Notes: generated by a model from the letters alone, not told the origin. A stretch of DNA of 64,000 nucleotides from Bdellovibrionota bacterium (GCA_041391405.1 JAWKOB010000003.1:39650-103649), one strand, 5' to 3'. Positions 9,960-19,116 are shown, numbered from the stretch's first letter. A program made the numbers and translations.

Positions 9960-10853
9960 TTAGGCGTTGCGTGCCGAAGTGACCCGGTTGCGTCCGTTTT
10001 GTTTGGAGCGATAAAGATGTGAATCGGCCTCTTTGAGAAGGTCTTCCACGCTCATCACGTGATCCGGATCGAGGGTGGCTACACCAACGCTGATGGTCAC
10101 CGCGATATCTTTGCCTTCGTATGTGATGTTGAGCCCTTCCACGACTTTGCGCAATCGTTCAGCCAAAATCAGAGCGTTGTCGAGCGCCGTTGTGCGAAGC
10201 ATGATGACGAACTCTTCGCCACCGTAACGTGCGAATGCGTCGTATACGCGAAGTTCTTTTGCCAGGCGTTGTGCAACGGTTTGCAAAACAACGTCTCCAG
10301 CTTGGTGTCCGTGTGTATCATTGATTTTCTTGAAATGATCGATATCAATCATGATGCACGTGAGCGGTTGACGAATCCGCATGGTGTAGTTGATTTCCTT
10401 GAACATCAACTCCATGAAGTAGCGACGGTTGTAAACCTTGGTCAGTGGATCGCGCATGGCCATCTCACGCATATTTTCCTGATGCGAAACATCGATGGCA
10501 TCCTGAAGTGAAAATTTCAGGAGAATGTCGCCCAAACGAATCTTGTCGCCTTCACTCAAAACAGATTGATTGATCGGCAATCCATTGATGTAGGTTCCAT
10601 TCGTGCTACCCAAATCGGCGATGACATAGGATTTATCTTTGCGTTCAATACGAGCGTGCTGCCTTGAAACTCCTTCTTCTGTGATGGAGATATCGCAGGT
10701 CGAATCACGACCAAGAAGCATCGGAAATTTTTCCAGCTTGTAGACTTCGCCTACGCTGGTTCCCTCAAGAACCACCAAACAAGGGACCTTTGGTTTTGGA
10801 TTGGTTGTCTCTTGCGGTTTCGGTTTGACTTTGATGACTGTGTTTTCGCTCAT
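9960..10853 (-). CDS. FHA-domain diguanylate cyclase (FHA-GGDEF)
   Basis: FHA (GRDSTCDISI..VSRQHARI..STNGTYING) followed by GGDEF with an active GGEEF and an RxxD I-site (RVYD). Start taken at ATG 10853 (MSENTVIK); the longer ORF overlaps the divergent gene. Confidence 0.85.
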   Translation of the reverse strand: MSENTVIKVKPKPQETTNPKPKVPCLVVLEGTSVGEVYKLEKFPMLLGRDSTCDISITEEGVSRQHARIERKDKSYVIADLGSTNGTYINGLPINQSVLSEGDKIRLGDILLKFSLQDAIDVSHQENMREMAMRDPLTKVYNRRYFMELMFKEINYTMRIRQPLTCIMIDIDHFKKINDTHGHQAGDVVLQTVAQRLAKELRVYDAFARYGGEEFVIMLRTTALDNALILAERLRKVVEGLNITYEGKDIAVTISVGVATLDPDHVMSVEDLLKEADSHLYRSKQNGRNRVTSARNA

Positions 10854-10922
10854 AATCGATGCAGTTTCCTGGTATTGTATGTCGATTTTACCTTTGATCA
10901 AGAAATAAAACCACCGGTTCTT

Positions 10923-11843
10923 ATGCGAAAAATTGGCCTCATTATTAATCCTCATGCGAAAAAATCGAGAAGAATTTCCGGGCATGTAGAGAATTTGAAA
11001 AACCATTTTCCAGACAAAAACCACCTGTGGTGCCCGAAAAATCTGGAGGAGCTGAGCACTGCCACCAAAAAAATCCTGGATGACGGAATTGAAGTCGTGT
11101 TTTTATCCGGCGGAGACGGAACTTTTCGTGCCACCGTGCAGGAATTCATTCGGCACAAAAGTTCACATAAATTGCCGGCCTTCGTACTTTTGCAAGGTGG
11201 AACGGGCGGACTTTATTCCAAGTATTATTATGGAAGTCGTCATCCATTGACCCATCTCAAACAAGCTCTCAAAAAATTGGAGACAAATGATTCACTTCAA
11301 ACCAAATCGATCAACATCCTGAATGTGAACGGAAAATATGGCTTTATATTCGCCATTGGTGGTTTTTCCAACGTGCTCAACTACTACATGTCTCACAAGG
11401 AGCGTTCCATCACGCTTGCCAACTGGTTGATTTTCAGGCTCACCATTTCCTTTTTTTTGGGCACAAAATTTTACAAACGCATGTTTCCTCAATTTTCAAC
11501 AGAATTGAGAACCGGTGACACTGTCCGTCAGATGAGTGCCACCACCATCAGTTGCTCTTCGCTACCTGTCGGCTACATATTGAATCCTCACTATGACATT
11601 CAATTGAACAAAAGTTTCGCTGGATTGATTTTTTACCGCTCCCCATTTCGAATTTTCCTGCACTTGTCTTCTTTGTTGAAAAAGCGCCGAATTCAATCAT
11701 CCGATATGGAGCAGTTCACATCAGCCTCCATCAATTTATTATTGCGCCATCCTTTGCAACCGATGGTTGATGGAGATATGCTGGAGCCGACGACGGAAAT
11801 TAACGTGAACCTCGGACCTCAAATCGATTTATTGATCATATGA
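10923..11843 (+). CDS. diacylglycerol/lipid kinase family protein (DAGK_cat, YegS-like)
   Basis: MRKIGLIINPHAKK N-terminus and a GGDGTFRA motif. Start at ATG 10923; the ORF is open from 10812. Confidence 0.75.
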   Translation: MRKIGLIINPHAKKSRRISGHVENLKNHFPDKNHLWCPKNLEELSTATKKILDDGIEVVFLSGGDGTFRATVQEFIRHKSSHKLPAFVLLQGGTGGLYSKYYYGSRHPLTHLKQALKKLETNDSLQTKSINILNVNGKYGFIFAIGGFSNVLNYYMSHKERSITLANWLIFRLTISFFLGTKFYKRMFPQFSTELRTGDTVRQMSATTISCSSLPVGYILNPHYDIQLNKSFAGLIFYRSPFRIFLHLSSLLKKRRIQSSDMEQFTSASINLLLRHPLQPMVDGDMLEPTTEINVNLGPQIDLLII

Positions 11844-13039
11844 CGACTTATAAATGCATCGGCGCAATGTCAGGCTCTTCCCTTGATGGGATGGATATCG
11901 TTTACGTCGAAGTCAAACGCAGCAACGACGGATATCAAATCAAAAAAATTTGCGACGTATTCCAACCGTTCGATCAGAACGTGCAAGAAATGGCGCGAAG
12001 TATCGGCTCAGAGAATCTTCTTTTGGAAGGCACATTGTTCGGCAATCGTCTTTCCAATCTGACGGCCAAAGGCATCGACAAGCTCATCAAAAAATGTTCG
12101 GTCAAAATGAGCGACGTCGACGTGATCGGCATTCACGGTCAAACCGTTCTGCACAGACCCGATCAAATCGTTTTCTTGGGCGATAAACTCACCTGCACAG
12201 TCCAACTTTGCAACATCTCTTATTTGGCTGAAAAAACCGGAATCACAACCGTGGGAAATTTCCGTCAGCGTGACATGTTCGTGGGTGGCCAAGGGGCACC
12301 GCTTATGCCATACATGCATAAACTGTTGTACGGATCCGCTTTCCGAAATTTGGCGGTTCACAATCTGGGCGGAATCTCCAACACCACCGTGATGTGCAAC
12401 AAAACCATCGAACTTGCGTTCGATACGGGCCCTGCCAACATTTGGATCGATACGGTGGTTCGATGGCATTCAGGTGGAAAGCACAACCTCGATAAAAACG
12501 GGAATTTGGCGCGCAAGGGAATCCCAGATTTGAAATTGATGAATGAACTTCTTTCTCATCCTTATCTTGGAAAAAAACCTCCAAAATCCACAGGCTGGGA
12601 AGAATTTGGGCCCGAAGCGTTGGCGAAATACAAACGACCGCTCATGAAGCTTTCTTTGGAAAACGCAGTGGCCACTGTGACCCACGCCACCATCCAATCA
12701 ATCGTGAACTCATATCAAAAACATGTGATTCCAAAATACAAACCTCAAGCCATCATCTTCACCGGCGGTGGCGCCAAAAACTCGTTCATGTTGGAGCAGA
12801 TTCAGGGACATTTGCCGATTCTCAAAGTTCAAACATCGGAAACATACGGCATTTCGGTGAATCAAACCGAAGCTTTGGGCTTTGCCCTGCTGGGACTTGA
12901 AAATCTTCTCGGAAGGACTGCCAATGTTCCAGAAGCCACGGGCGCCAAACGACATGTTCTGTGTGGAGAAATGGCCATTGGCCACAACAAAACTCATATT
13001 GACAGAATCCGAAAGTTCTTCCAGATTGAGGCAAAATGA
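11840..13039 (+). CDS. anmK: anhydro-N-acetylmuramic acid kinase
   Basis: 399 aa. N-terminal GAMSGSSLDGMDIV motif typical of AnmK. ATGA overlap with the upstream gene. Confidence 0.85.
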   Translation: MTTYKCIGAMSGSSLDGMDIVYVEVKRSNDGYQIKKICDVFQPFDQNVQEMARSIGSENLLLEGTLFGNRLSNLTAKGIDKLIKKCSVKMSDVDVIGIHGQTVLHRPDQIVFLGDKLTCTVQLCNISYLAEKTGITTVGNFRQRDMFVGGQGAPLMPYMHKLLYGSAFRNLAVHNLGGISNTTVMCNKTIELAFDTGPANIWIDTVVRWHSGGKHNLDKNGNLARKGIPDLKLMNELLSHPYLGKKPPKSTGWEEFGPEALAKYKRPLMKLSLENAVATVTHATIQSIVNSYQKHVIPKYKPQAIIFTGGGAKNSFMLEQIQGHLPILKVQTSETYGISVNQTEALGFALLGLENLLGRTANVPEATGAKRHVLCGEMAIGHNKTHIDRIRKFFQIEAK

Positions 13040-13311
13040 GACTTAACGAAGAAGAAATCGAACGCATCTGTCATAAGATCCTTGCGAGCTGGAAGGAAAA
13101 AAATCTGGCCACCATGAAAGACGAAGGTCAGGCTTTTTCTTTTCTTCAGGCCACGTTTGCCAAAAATCTGCAGGATGAAGACAATCTCAACAAAGAAGTC
13201 GAACAGCTCCTGAAAAAATACGATGCACAGATCAACGCGGGGATGGATCGTCGCAAGCTATTTCAAATGATCAAAAATCAATTGATCAAAGAAAGAAAAT
13301 TGGTGATCTGA
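13036..13311 (+). CDS. DUF507 family protein
   Basis: 91 aa, helical, MRLNEEEIERICHKIL... Paralogue of the next gene. ATGA overlap with anmK. Confidence 0.55.
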   Translation: MRLNEEEIERICHKILASWKEKNLATMKDEGQAFSFLQATFAKNLQDEDNLNKEVEQLLKKYDAQINAGMDRRKLFQMIKNQLIKERKLVI

Positions 13312-13583
13312 TGAGATTAACTGAAGACCGAATCTCGTTCATCGCTCACCTGCTTTGTGAACAATCCGTCAAACAAGGATTCATCACGACACCCGATATT
13401 GGGCGTCTTTTGACCGATACCAAAAACATCATCACCGCCTACTGCAAGCTTGATGACACCGTGGATGATATCGTTCGCAAAAAAATCGAATCCCACTCCC
13501 GCATCATCATGGAAGGCTCCCCAGAATGGGATGTGATGTACAAGAAATACTTCCAAGAAGAGATGCATAAATTGTGGAAATAG
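13311..13583 (+). CDS. DUF507 family protein (second tandem copy)
   Basis: 90 aa, MRLTEDRISFIAHLL... TGATG overlap with the first copy. Confidence 0.55.
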   Translation: MRLTEDRISFIAHLLCEQSVKQGFITTPDIGRLLTDTKNIITAYCKLDDTVDDIVRKKIESHSRIIMEGSPEWDVMYKKYFQEEMHKLWK

Positions 13584-13704
13584 CTTCGACACACCACTTC
13601 CTACATAGCCTATAATTGTCCCAGTTCTTGAGCCTTTTGAATATATAAATTATTGATTTTATTGTATTTTTTATTGACATACTTCATGAAGACAACTTGT
13701 CACC

Positions 13705-14388
13705 ATGAATAAATGGGCTAAATATGCTTCATTTTATTTGATCCTGGCGCTATGCCTTGGAACATCCTTTTGTGCCAAAAAAAAGGATGGTGAAACTGGT
13801 GGCGATACGCAAAAGGAAGGTGCATCCACCAGTGGCGGTAACGGTTCACAAAATAAGGATGGCGCAAAAGGTTCTATTCCGGCTCCTGAACTAGCCGCCC
13901 ACAGCAACAAGGGTGTCAGTGTTGAAAATATCGATTTGGAAGGCATGTATCATTTTCAATTTCGAATCGCCTCATGGAACTGGGTTTGTAAGGATAAAAG
14001 CGGAAAAGAAACTTATCGAATCAAAGATGGAGTCGCTCAAAAAGGTTACGGCGCAGCCTACGGTTGGTATTACAAAGTTGAAAAATCCGATGATGGTCAA
14101 TACCGCATGCATCGATTTATGAACGCCGATGCTGAAGAGTTCAGCCATGAAAATCAAAAAGATGTGAAATTGCAAATTGATTCCAAAAGTGGTGAGATTA
14201 CTGTCAACCAAACCTTTGAATATGGAAGCCGCCTTGTCAACACCCAAGACACTGTGAAAATGAACGGTGCATTTGTTAGCGATTCTGAAATCAAAGGGAA
14301 CTACATGGGATTCGAAGATGTAAAAAACAGCGACTTGGTATCCTGTATGAACTCCGGTGAATACACCATGACGAAAGAAGATATTTAG
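13705..14388 (+). CDS. secreted/lipoprotein-like hypothetical protein
   Basis: 227 aa. Signal peptide MNKWAKYASFYLILALCLGTSFC followed by a Gly/Ser/Lys-rich linker. I recognise no domain. Confidence 0.6.
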   Translation: MNKWAKYASFYLILALCLGTSFCAKKKDGETGGDTQKEGASTSGGNGSQNKDGAKGSIPAPELAAHSNKGVSVENIDLEGMYHFQFRIASWNWVCKDKSGKETYRIKDGVAQKGYGAAYGWYYKVEKSDDGQYRMHRFMNADAEEFSHENQKDVKLQIDSKSGEITVNQTFEYGSRLVNTQDTVKMNGAFVSDSEIKGNYMGFEDVKNSDLVSCMNSGEYTMTKEDI

Positions 14389-14397
14389 GAGACCGAT

Positions 14398-15834
14398 ATG
14401 AAATCCATTTATTCAAAATTCATATTTCTTATTTTTTCATCGATATCTTTAGTCCCATGCGTATTTGCTCAAACCGCGGAATACAAACCCTATGGTGGTG
14501 AATTTCCAATCGATCAATTGCCCAAAGGCGCGATCATTCAATTCAATGAAGAAATCAAAATCGATCAAATCAACGCTTCCACTCCGGGCGGAGTTGTTTC
14601 TTCAGGGGTATTTGTTGATGGTAAAATCATGGGAAACTCCGATTCTAGAACTTCGTGCAAATTTTCTGTTTATACAGCTAAGCAAGATTACTTTGGACTT
14701 TTAGTGGCGACCAATGGCTTTACTATTCCTAAAGACACATGGGCATCTGTAGTCATGGCCAAACAAACCAGCGATGACGACGCATCTGTTCTGTTTCAAT
14801 TTGCTCAGCCCATCAAAACCACGCATACAAACATCGATTTCGCTACCATGGATTGTCACTTGGGAACAGGCGCTTGGTGGAAGAACAGTGATGAAAAAAT
14901 TCATGTGAAGAATGCTCGTAGCAATTTAGGCAATCGAATCACCATTTTACAAAACTACATCAAACCTCAAATGACCAAAGAGCAACAACTTGCTGCTTAT
15001 ATGAATCGATTAAAATATTTATTGAGTCTTCTCAATGGCGGCTCACAATCTGTAGCCAATTCATATGTCGGTGTCGGTTATGGTGTTGGAGGTGTTGGCG
15101 GAAATCAATCCAGTATCGGCGCATCATCCGGACCCGGCGGTAACAGTGGGGACTCATCTCAAGGAAACGTTCAATCCGCAATTGAAGCAGAAATTGCTGA
15201 TCTAATAAAAAAAATTAATCAATTCTTGCAAGATCCTGATTTAAAAAAATCAATTCAAGAGGGAACAAAAATCCATGAACAAATTGAAGAAATAGACCGA
15301 GTCATTGAAGTATCAAGCAACTTAAAGGTAAGGGATTGGAAAATTAATTCATCCAACGATGAAAACCAATCTGAAATACATTTACTTGACGATGAATCTA
15401 TAAAAGCCGTTTCTGTAGATAAACATGGAAATGTTTACGTCCTTGATAAAAAAGGAAAGTTGTACGTTTCAAAAAATAATGGCGCATCATTTACTGAATA
15501 CCCTATTCAGGGTCCAATTGTAGTAGATGATGTCAAAGATATTATGTACGTATCCAATGGTGTTACGTTTGATATTTCTGAAACTAATGAAAAACTTTCT
15601 ATCGAACGCAATCTTAGCAAAAGAGGAGAAGGAGGTTTTTACTCTTCAATTGTTGATGCAAATGGAACCTTCTATGCTTGCAACGGTTACCTACTTATTT
15701 CCAAAGATGGGGGCATTTCTTTCAAACAACGTGATTTGAAACATGAAATTAATACAATTTCTACTGATGCTAACGGAACCGTTTATGTGGGCACTGAAGG
15801 TGGGCTATTTATTTTCAAAAAAGGGGCTCTTTAA
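14398..15834 (+). CDS. secreted hypothetical protein with C-terminal BNR/Asp-box-like repeats
   Basis: 478 aa. Signal peptide ...SLVPCVFA/QT, a central Gly-rich low-complexity segment plus a coiled coil, and C-terminal SKNNGASFT / SKDGGISFK / GTVYVGTEGGLFIF propeller-like repeats. Confidence 0.6.
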   Translation: MKSIYSKFIFLIFSSISLVPCVFAQTAEYKPYGGEFPIDQLPKGAIIQFNEEIKIDQINASTPGGVVSSGVFVDGKIMGNSDSRTSCKFSVYTAKQDYFGLLVATNGFTIPKDTWASVVMAKQTSDDDASVLFQFAQPIKTTHTNIDFATMDCHLGTGAWWKNSDEKIHVKNARSNLGNRITILQNYIKPQMTKEQQLAAYMNRLKYLLSLLNGGSQSVANSYVGVGYGVGGVGGNQSSIGASSGPGGNSGDSSQGNVQSAIEAEIADLIKKINQFLQDPDLKKSIQEGTKIHEQIEEIDRVIEVSSNLKVRDWKINSSNDENQSEIHLLDDESIKAVSVDKHGNVYVLDKKGKLYVSKNNGASFTEYPIQGPIVVDDVKDIMYVSNGVTFDISETNEKLSIERNLSKRGEGGFYSSIVDANGTFYACNGYLLISKDGGISFKQRDLKHEINTISTDANGTVYVGTEGGLFIFKKGAL

Positions 15835-15866
15835 TTGGTTAAGTGTCCTAATAAAAATTTCAAAAT

Positions 15867-16856
15867 ATGAAGGAAAGTGCCTTAATAATCTTGATCTTTG
15901 TTTCTGGTTTGTCTTTTGGGCAAACTCAGAAACTAGTTATTCCTACCTGCAACGGAGTAACACCAGGACTTAATTCGCAGGGCTGCGTTATGCTTTCTTC
16001 CGACAGCAGCCAATTGATGTGCAATTCGACTGACAAAGATCTGACACTGATTAATTCTCTGGGATGGCTGACGGGTGTAATTCCGGCGAGTCGCTGCGAT
16101 GTGATATATGATGCCAATCGTGAAACAGACCGCACGAATGAAAAACGAACGATGGAAAGATTCACGTTTCAGCCTTTTCATATCGATCCGGATCTAATCG
16201 TTAAAAATCCCCACAATCCTAGTGCATCTGTGAAAGATTCTTCCGGAGTGATTGCCATCAAAGCGATTTCATTGATGCGAAATTGGGAAACCGATGATGT
16301 GGATGAAGGCGGAAGCGAATCAACCTTTGATGTATTCGGTATGTGGGTAATGCCTGGGGATTACCTGCAGGAACAGGTCGATGCTAATGAACTGGATTTT
16401 CAAGTCTGGGGTAATTTGTTCAACAGCCAATTGATCTACGATCCGAATTATGAAGAGCAGCGGGAAGCTCTGTCGGATCTTTTGAGAAATAAAATTTCAA
16501 AGACCAAATATCCCGAGTTGAAAATCACTGGACCTTATCTCAACATCAAATCCGGTATTCATAAATATTTGGATAAAGCCAAAGGAAATGAACCCAGAGA
16601 ATGCGAATGGGTGGGTTGCGATCAGATCGGCCCGCAAGTCTTGGTGTATGACAAAACCTATGGCATTGCACAATGGTCGGATTTTGAAAAAATGAAAGAT
16701 GACGACACTTTGATTTTTATAGCCAAGGCCGGTGATGCCATGGCCATGAAAGACGATATTATACTTTATTTCCAAGTTCCCGTTGGTTTGCTTCGCCGGG
16801 AAAAAGAGTCTTATATATTCAAAAAAATCCAAAAAACGGAACCGATATGGTTTTGA
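15867..16856 (+). CDS. secreted hypothetical protein
   Basis: 329 aa. Signal peptide MKESALIILIFVSGLSFG/QT and a Cys-containing N-terminal region. I recognise no domain. Confidence 0.6.
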   Translation: MKESALIILIFVSGLSFGQTQKLVIPTCNGVTPGLNSQGCVMLSSDSSQLMCNSTDKDLTLINSLGWLTGVIPASRCDVIYDANRETDRTNEKRTMERFTFQPFHIDPDLIVKNPHNPSASVKDSSGVIAIKAISLMRNWETDDVDEGGSESTFDVFGMWVMPGDYLQEQVDANELDFQVWGNLFNSQLIYDPNYEEQREALSDLLRNKISKTKYPELKITGPYLNIKSGIHKYLDKAKGNEPRECEWVGCDQIGPQVLVYDKTYGIAQWSDFEKMKDDDTLIFIAKAGDAMAMKDDIILYFQVPVGLLRREKESYIFKKIQKTEPIWF

Positions 16857-16935
16857 TTTTTGAACTTATAAAAGATCAATAGGCTTAGATGTTGGATTTA
16901 CATTCCCCAAAGGTGTCTAGCACCTTTAAGAACTG

Positions 16936-17018
16936 TTTGATATAGAGGCCGCATGCGCGGCATCTACATTCACATTCCATTTTGCATTCGCCGATGCCCG
17001 TTTTGCGATTTTACTCTG
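16936..17018 (+). repeat. diverged direct repeat, copy A (hemW upstream box + first 22 codons)
   Basis: Collinear with 17966-18048 at an offset of exactly 1030 nt, with no indels. Both copies share TTTGATATA, the ATG and IYIHIPFCIRRCPFCDFTL. Confidence 0.85.
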
Positions 17019-17033
17019 ATAAACAAGAATTGA
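16953..17033 (+). pseudogene. truncated 5' remnant of a hemW-like radical-SAM gene (26 codons)
   Basis: MRGIYIHIPFCIRRCPFCDFTLINKN* compared with intact HemW MLGIYIHIPFCIRRCPFCDFTLVTD... The differences are almost all synonymous. Confidence 0.75.
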
Positions 17034-17112
17034 CCTGTTTAAACACTTCATTGCGCACAGAGATGGTCCTTTGCCACGACTCTTCTTATGAAACGCATCC
17101 TAGCTATATTGG

Positions 17113-17565
17113 TTACTTTTTGGTTTTTTTAATTTGCTCCAGGAATTTCAGATCCTCCTGATCCTTGGGGCGGTTGGCTGCTTTTTTCATCTTGATCAAT
17201 TCATCTAGGCCCGCAACTGCAACGCGAATACCTTCGATATTTTCATACACTTTACCTTCATTGACCTCATCAAATGTTGTCCCTGCCACAAAGGGATGAA
17301 TATCTGTTTCCACCATGTACTGACGAATCAAAACTTTGTTTTCAAGCAGGTCTTGAGCAGTTAGATCTTCGGTGTCATATCCAAATTCCTGAAGGGATTG
17401 AAGCGTTGCTTTCGCATTTTCAATTGTTGGGCGAATAAAAATATCAATGTCCAACGTTGACCGAGAATATCCGTGAGTAGGAAAGGCCGAAGCCCCAATC
17501 ACAACATATTCAACGGATCGGTCGTTTAATAATTTCAAAAGGTTTCTTTTTTCCATTGCGAACAA
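17113..17565 (-). CDS. nucleotidyltransferase-fold protein (possible toxin-antitoxin/abortive-infection type component)
   Basis: 150 aa. VEYVVIGASAF..STLDIDIFI (NT-fold G[SA]...D.D pattern) and a C-terminal RPKDQEDLKFL motif common in small standalone NT-fold proteins. TTG start at 17565 or ATG at 17556. Confidence 0.6.
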   Translation of the reverse strand: MFAMEKRNLLKLLNDRSVEYVVIGASAFPTHGYSRSTLDIDIFIRPTIENAKATLQSLQEFGYDTEDLTAQDLLENKVLIRQYMVETDIHPFVAGTTFDEVNEGKVYENIEGIRVAVAGLDELIKMKKAANRPKDQEDLKFLEQIKKTKK

Positions 17566-17698
17566 GTGTTACTAGAATTTGTCTGGATTGTTTTTCCATC
17601 ATCTGGAATCTTTGCGCGGAAGTAAGCGACTGAAGGTATTCAAGTTCAAACTCTTCTTCTTTTTGAGGATCATCTTTGGATAACTTAAGGATAGGCAT
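17510..17698 (-). CDS. small acidic/helical ORF upstream of NT-fold gene (possible partner or frameshifted N-terminus)
   Basis: 62 aa. Overlaps the NT-fold ORF by 56 nt, and the two frames differ by 1 nt across an A6 run (GGAAAAAAGAAAC). Confidence 0.4.
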   Translation of the reverse strand: MPILKLSKDDPQKEEEFELEYLQSLTSAQRFQMMEKQSRQILVTLVRNGKKKPFEIIKRPIR

Positions 17699-17965
17699 GT
17701 CTTATTATTATATCACTAAAGTAGCAAAACGCAACCTGTTGAAATAACGTTGTTTTTTAAGAATTCGTTCTGGGTCGGTACGAGGATCTTAATGACACCC
17801 GAAGGGACTGTCTGCAGAAGAAGTGCCCAACAGCGATCTGTCCCAGGAGCAGCTCGCTCTCCAAATAATTTTCTCCATTTCAATTTACACCTATTTTTTC
17901 AACGGCCCCTTATTCCGACCGAAGACGGGTAATTTTTTACCTCCGACTACTCTCTTTGAAAACAC

Positions 17966-18048
17966 TTTGATATACACCCAGAATGCTCGGCATCTACATT
18001 CATATTCCGTTCTGTATTCGACGATGCCCGTTTTGCGATTTTACCTTG
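17966..18048 (+). repeat. diverged direct repeat, copy B (functional hemW upstream box + first 22 codons)
   Basis: See copy A. Within the 66 coding nt there are 8 substitutions, 7 of them synonymous. Confidence 0.85.
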
Positions 18049-19116
18049 GTGACCGACGCACCGACTCCTTTGATCGATAGTTATGTCCGTGCCTTGTGCA
18101 AAGAAATCGAATCCAAAAAAAATCCCACTCCAATCACCTCGATCTATCTTGGTGGCGGAACGCCCAGCATCCTTTCGATCGAACATCTTCAGTCGATTTT
18201 TGAAACACTGAAAAATCATTTCGACACACCACCGGACATTGAAATCACCATGGAAACCAATCCGGAAGATGTGACGATCGACCGAGCCCACGCCTGGAGA
18301 AGGCTTGATGTCAATCGCATCAGTTTGGGTGTACAAACCATGAACGACGGGGAGCTGGCGCGACTGGGAAGAAATCACACGCAGCAGCAAGTCATCGATG
18401 CGGTTCAAATTTTGCGGGAATGTGGATTTGACAATATCAGTGTGGATCTGATGTTCGGATTGGAGAATCAAACGCTGGAATCTTGGAAATCAAGTTTGCA
18501 AAAAATCATCGGTCTTAAGCCTCAGCACATTTCCACTTACAACCTCACGATCGAAAAAAATACGAAATATGACCAGGAGTTTTCAACTGGAAAACTTCGT
18601 CTTCCTTCGGATGAAATTCAGTCTCAAATGTTAATCGAAGAAAAATCAATCCTGGAGTCGGCGGGCTTTGATCCGTATGAAATTTCCAATTCGGCTATTC
18701 CTGGATTTGAATCCAGGCACAACATGCTCTATTGGACAGGAAAACCCTATTTGGGATTCGGTGTTTCTGCCCACTCGTTTGAAAACGTTGGTGACATTTA
18801 CAAACGTTATTCCAACACCAAAAACATTCCTCTCTACATCAAAAATATCGAGGGCGGGAAAGCTACGATTGACATGGAGGAAATTCTTCCCCCCTACACG
18901 CATCTGACGGAACGATTGATGACTGGCCTTCGGCTCAAAAAGGGAATTGATCTTTGCAAACTTGAAAATGAAGGCTTGAAAATTCCGGATCGAATGAAAA
19001 AACAGCTTCAGGGTTTGGTGGAACAAAAAATGATCCTTCAAAATGGGAACATTATTCGAATTCCAACTGAAAAAATCCCCATCACCAATGAAATTCTCTT
19101 GAAGTTATTTGAATAA
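17983..19116 (+). CDS. hemW: radical-SAM heme chaperone HemW (HemN-like, oxygen-independent coproporphyrinogen oxidase family)
   Basis: 377 aa. CIRRCPFC radical-SAM cluster motif, GGGTPS, HemN_C-like C-terminus. Length fits HemW/YggW. Confidence 0.9.
   Translation: MLGIYIHIPFCIRRCPFCDFTLVTDAPTPLIDSYVRALCKEIESKKNPTPITSIYLGGGTPSILSIEHLQSIFETLKNHFDTPPDIEITMETNPEDVTIDRAHAWRRLDVNRISLGVQTMNDGELARLGRNHTQQQVIDAVQILRECGFDNISVDLMFGLENQTLESWKSSLQKIIGLKPQHISTYNLTIEKNTKYDQEFSTGKLRLPSDEIQSQMLIEEKSILESAGFDPYEISNSAIPGFESRHNMLYWTGKPYLGFGVSAHSFENVGDIYKRYSNTKNIPLYIKNIEGGKATIDMEEILPPYTHLTERLMTGLRLKKGIDLCKLENEGLKIPDRMKKQLQGLVEQKMILQNGNIIRIPTEKIPITNEILLKLFE

Noticed and set aside
10812-11024. Overlapping N-terminal extensions of the divergent FHA-GGDEF and lipid-kinase ORFs
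   Set aside because: The extensions overlap each other antisense and lack domain homology. Internal starts (ATG 10853 and ATG 10923) give proteins beginning right at the conserved domains and leave a 69-nt divergent promoter region.
251-17852. Recurring 8-mer CCTGGGAC / GTCCCAGG in three intergenic regions (about 251, 4863, 17845) as a possible REP core
   Set aside because: A given 8-mer is expected about twice by chance in 64 kb on two strands. The flanking sequences do not align. This is not enough evidence for a repeat family.
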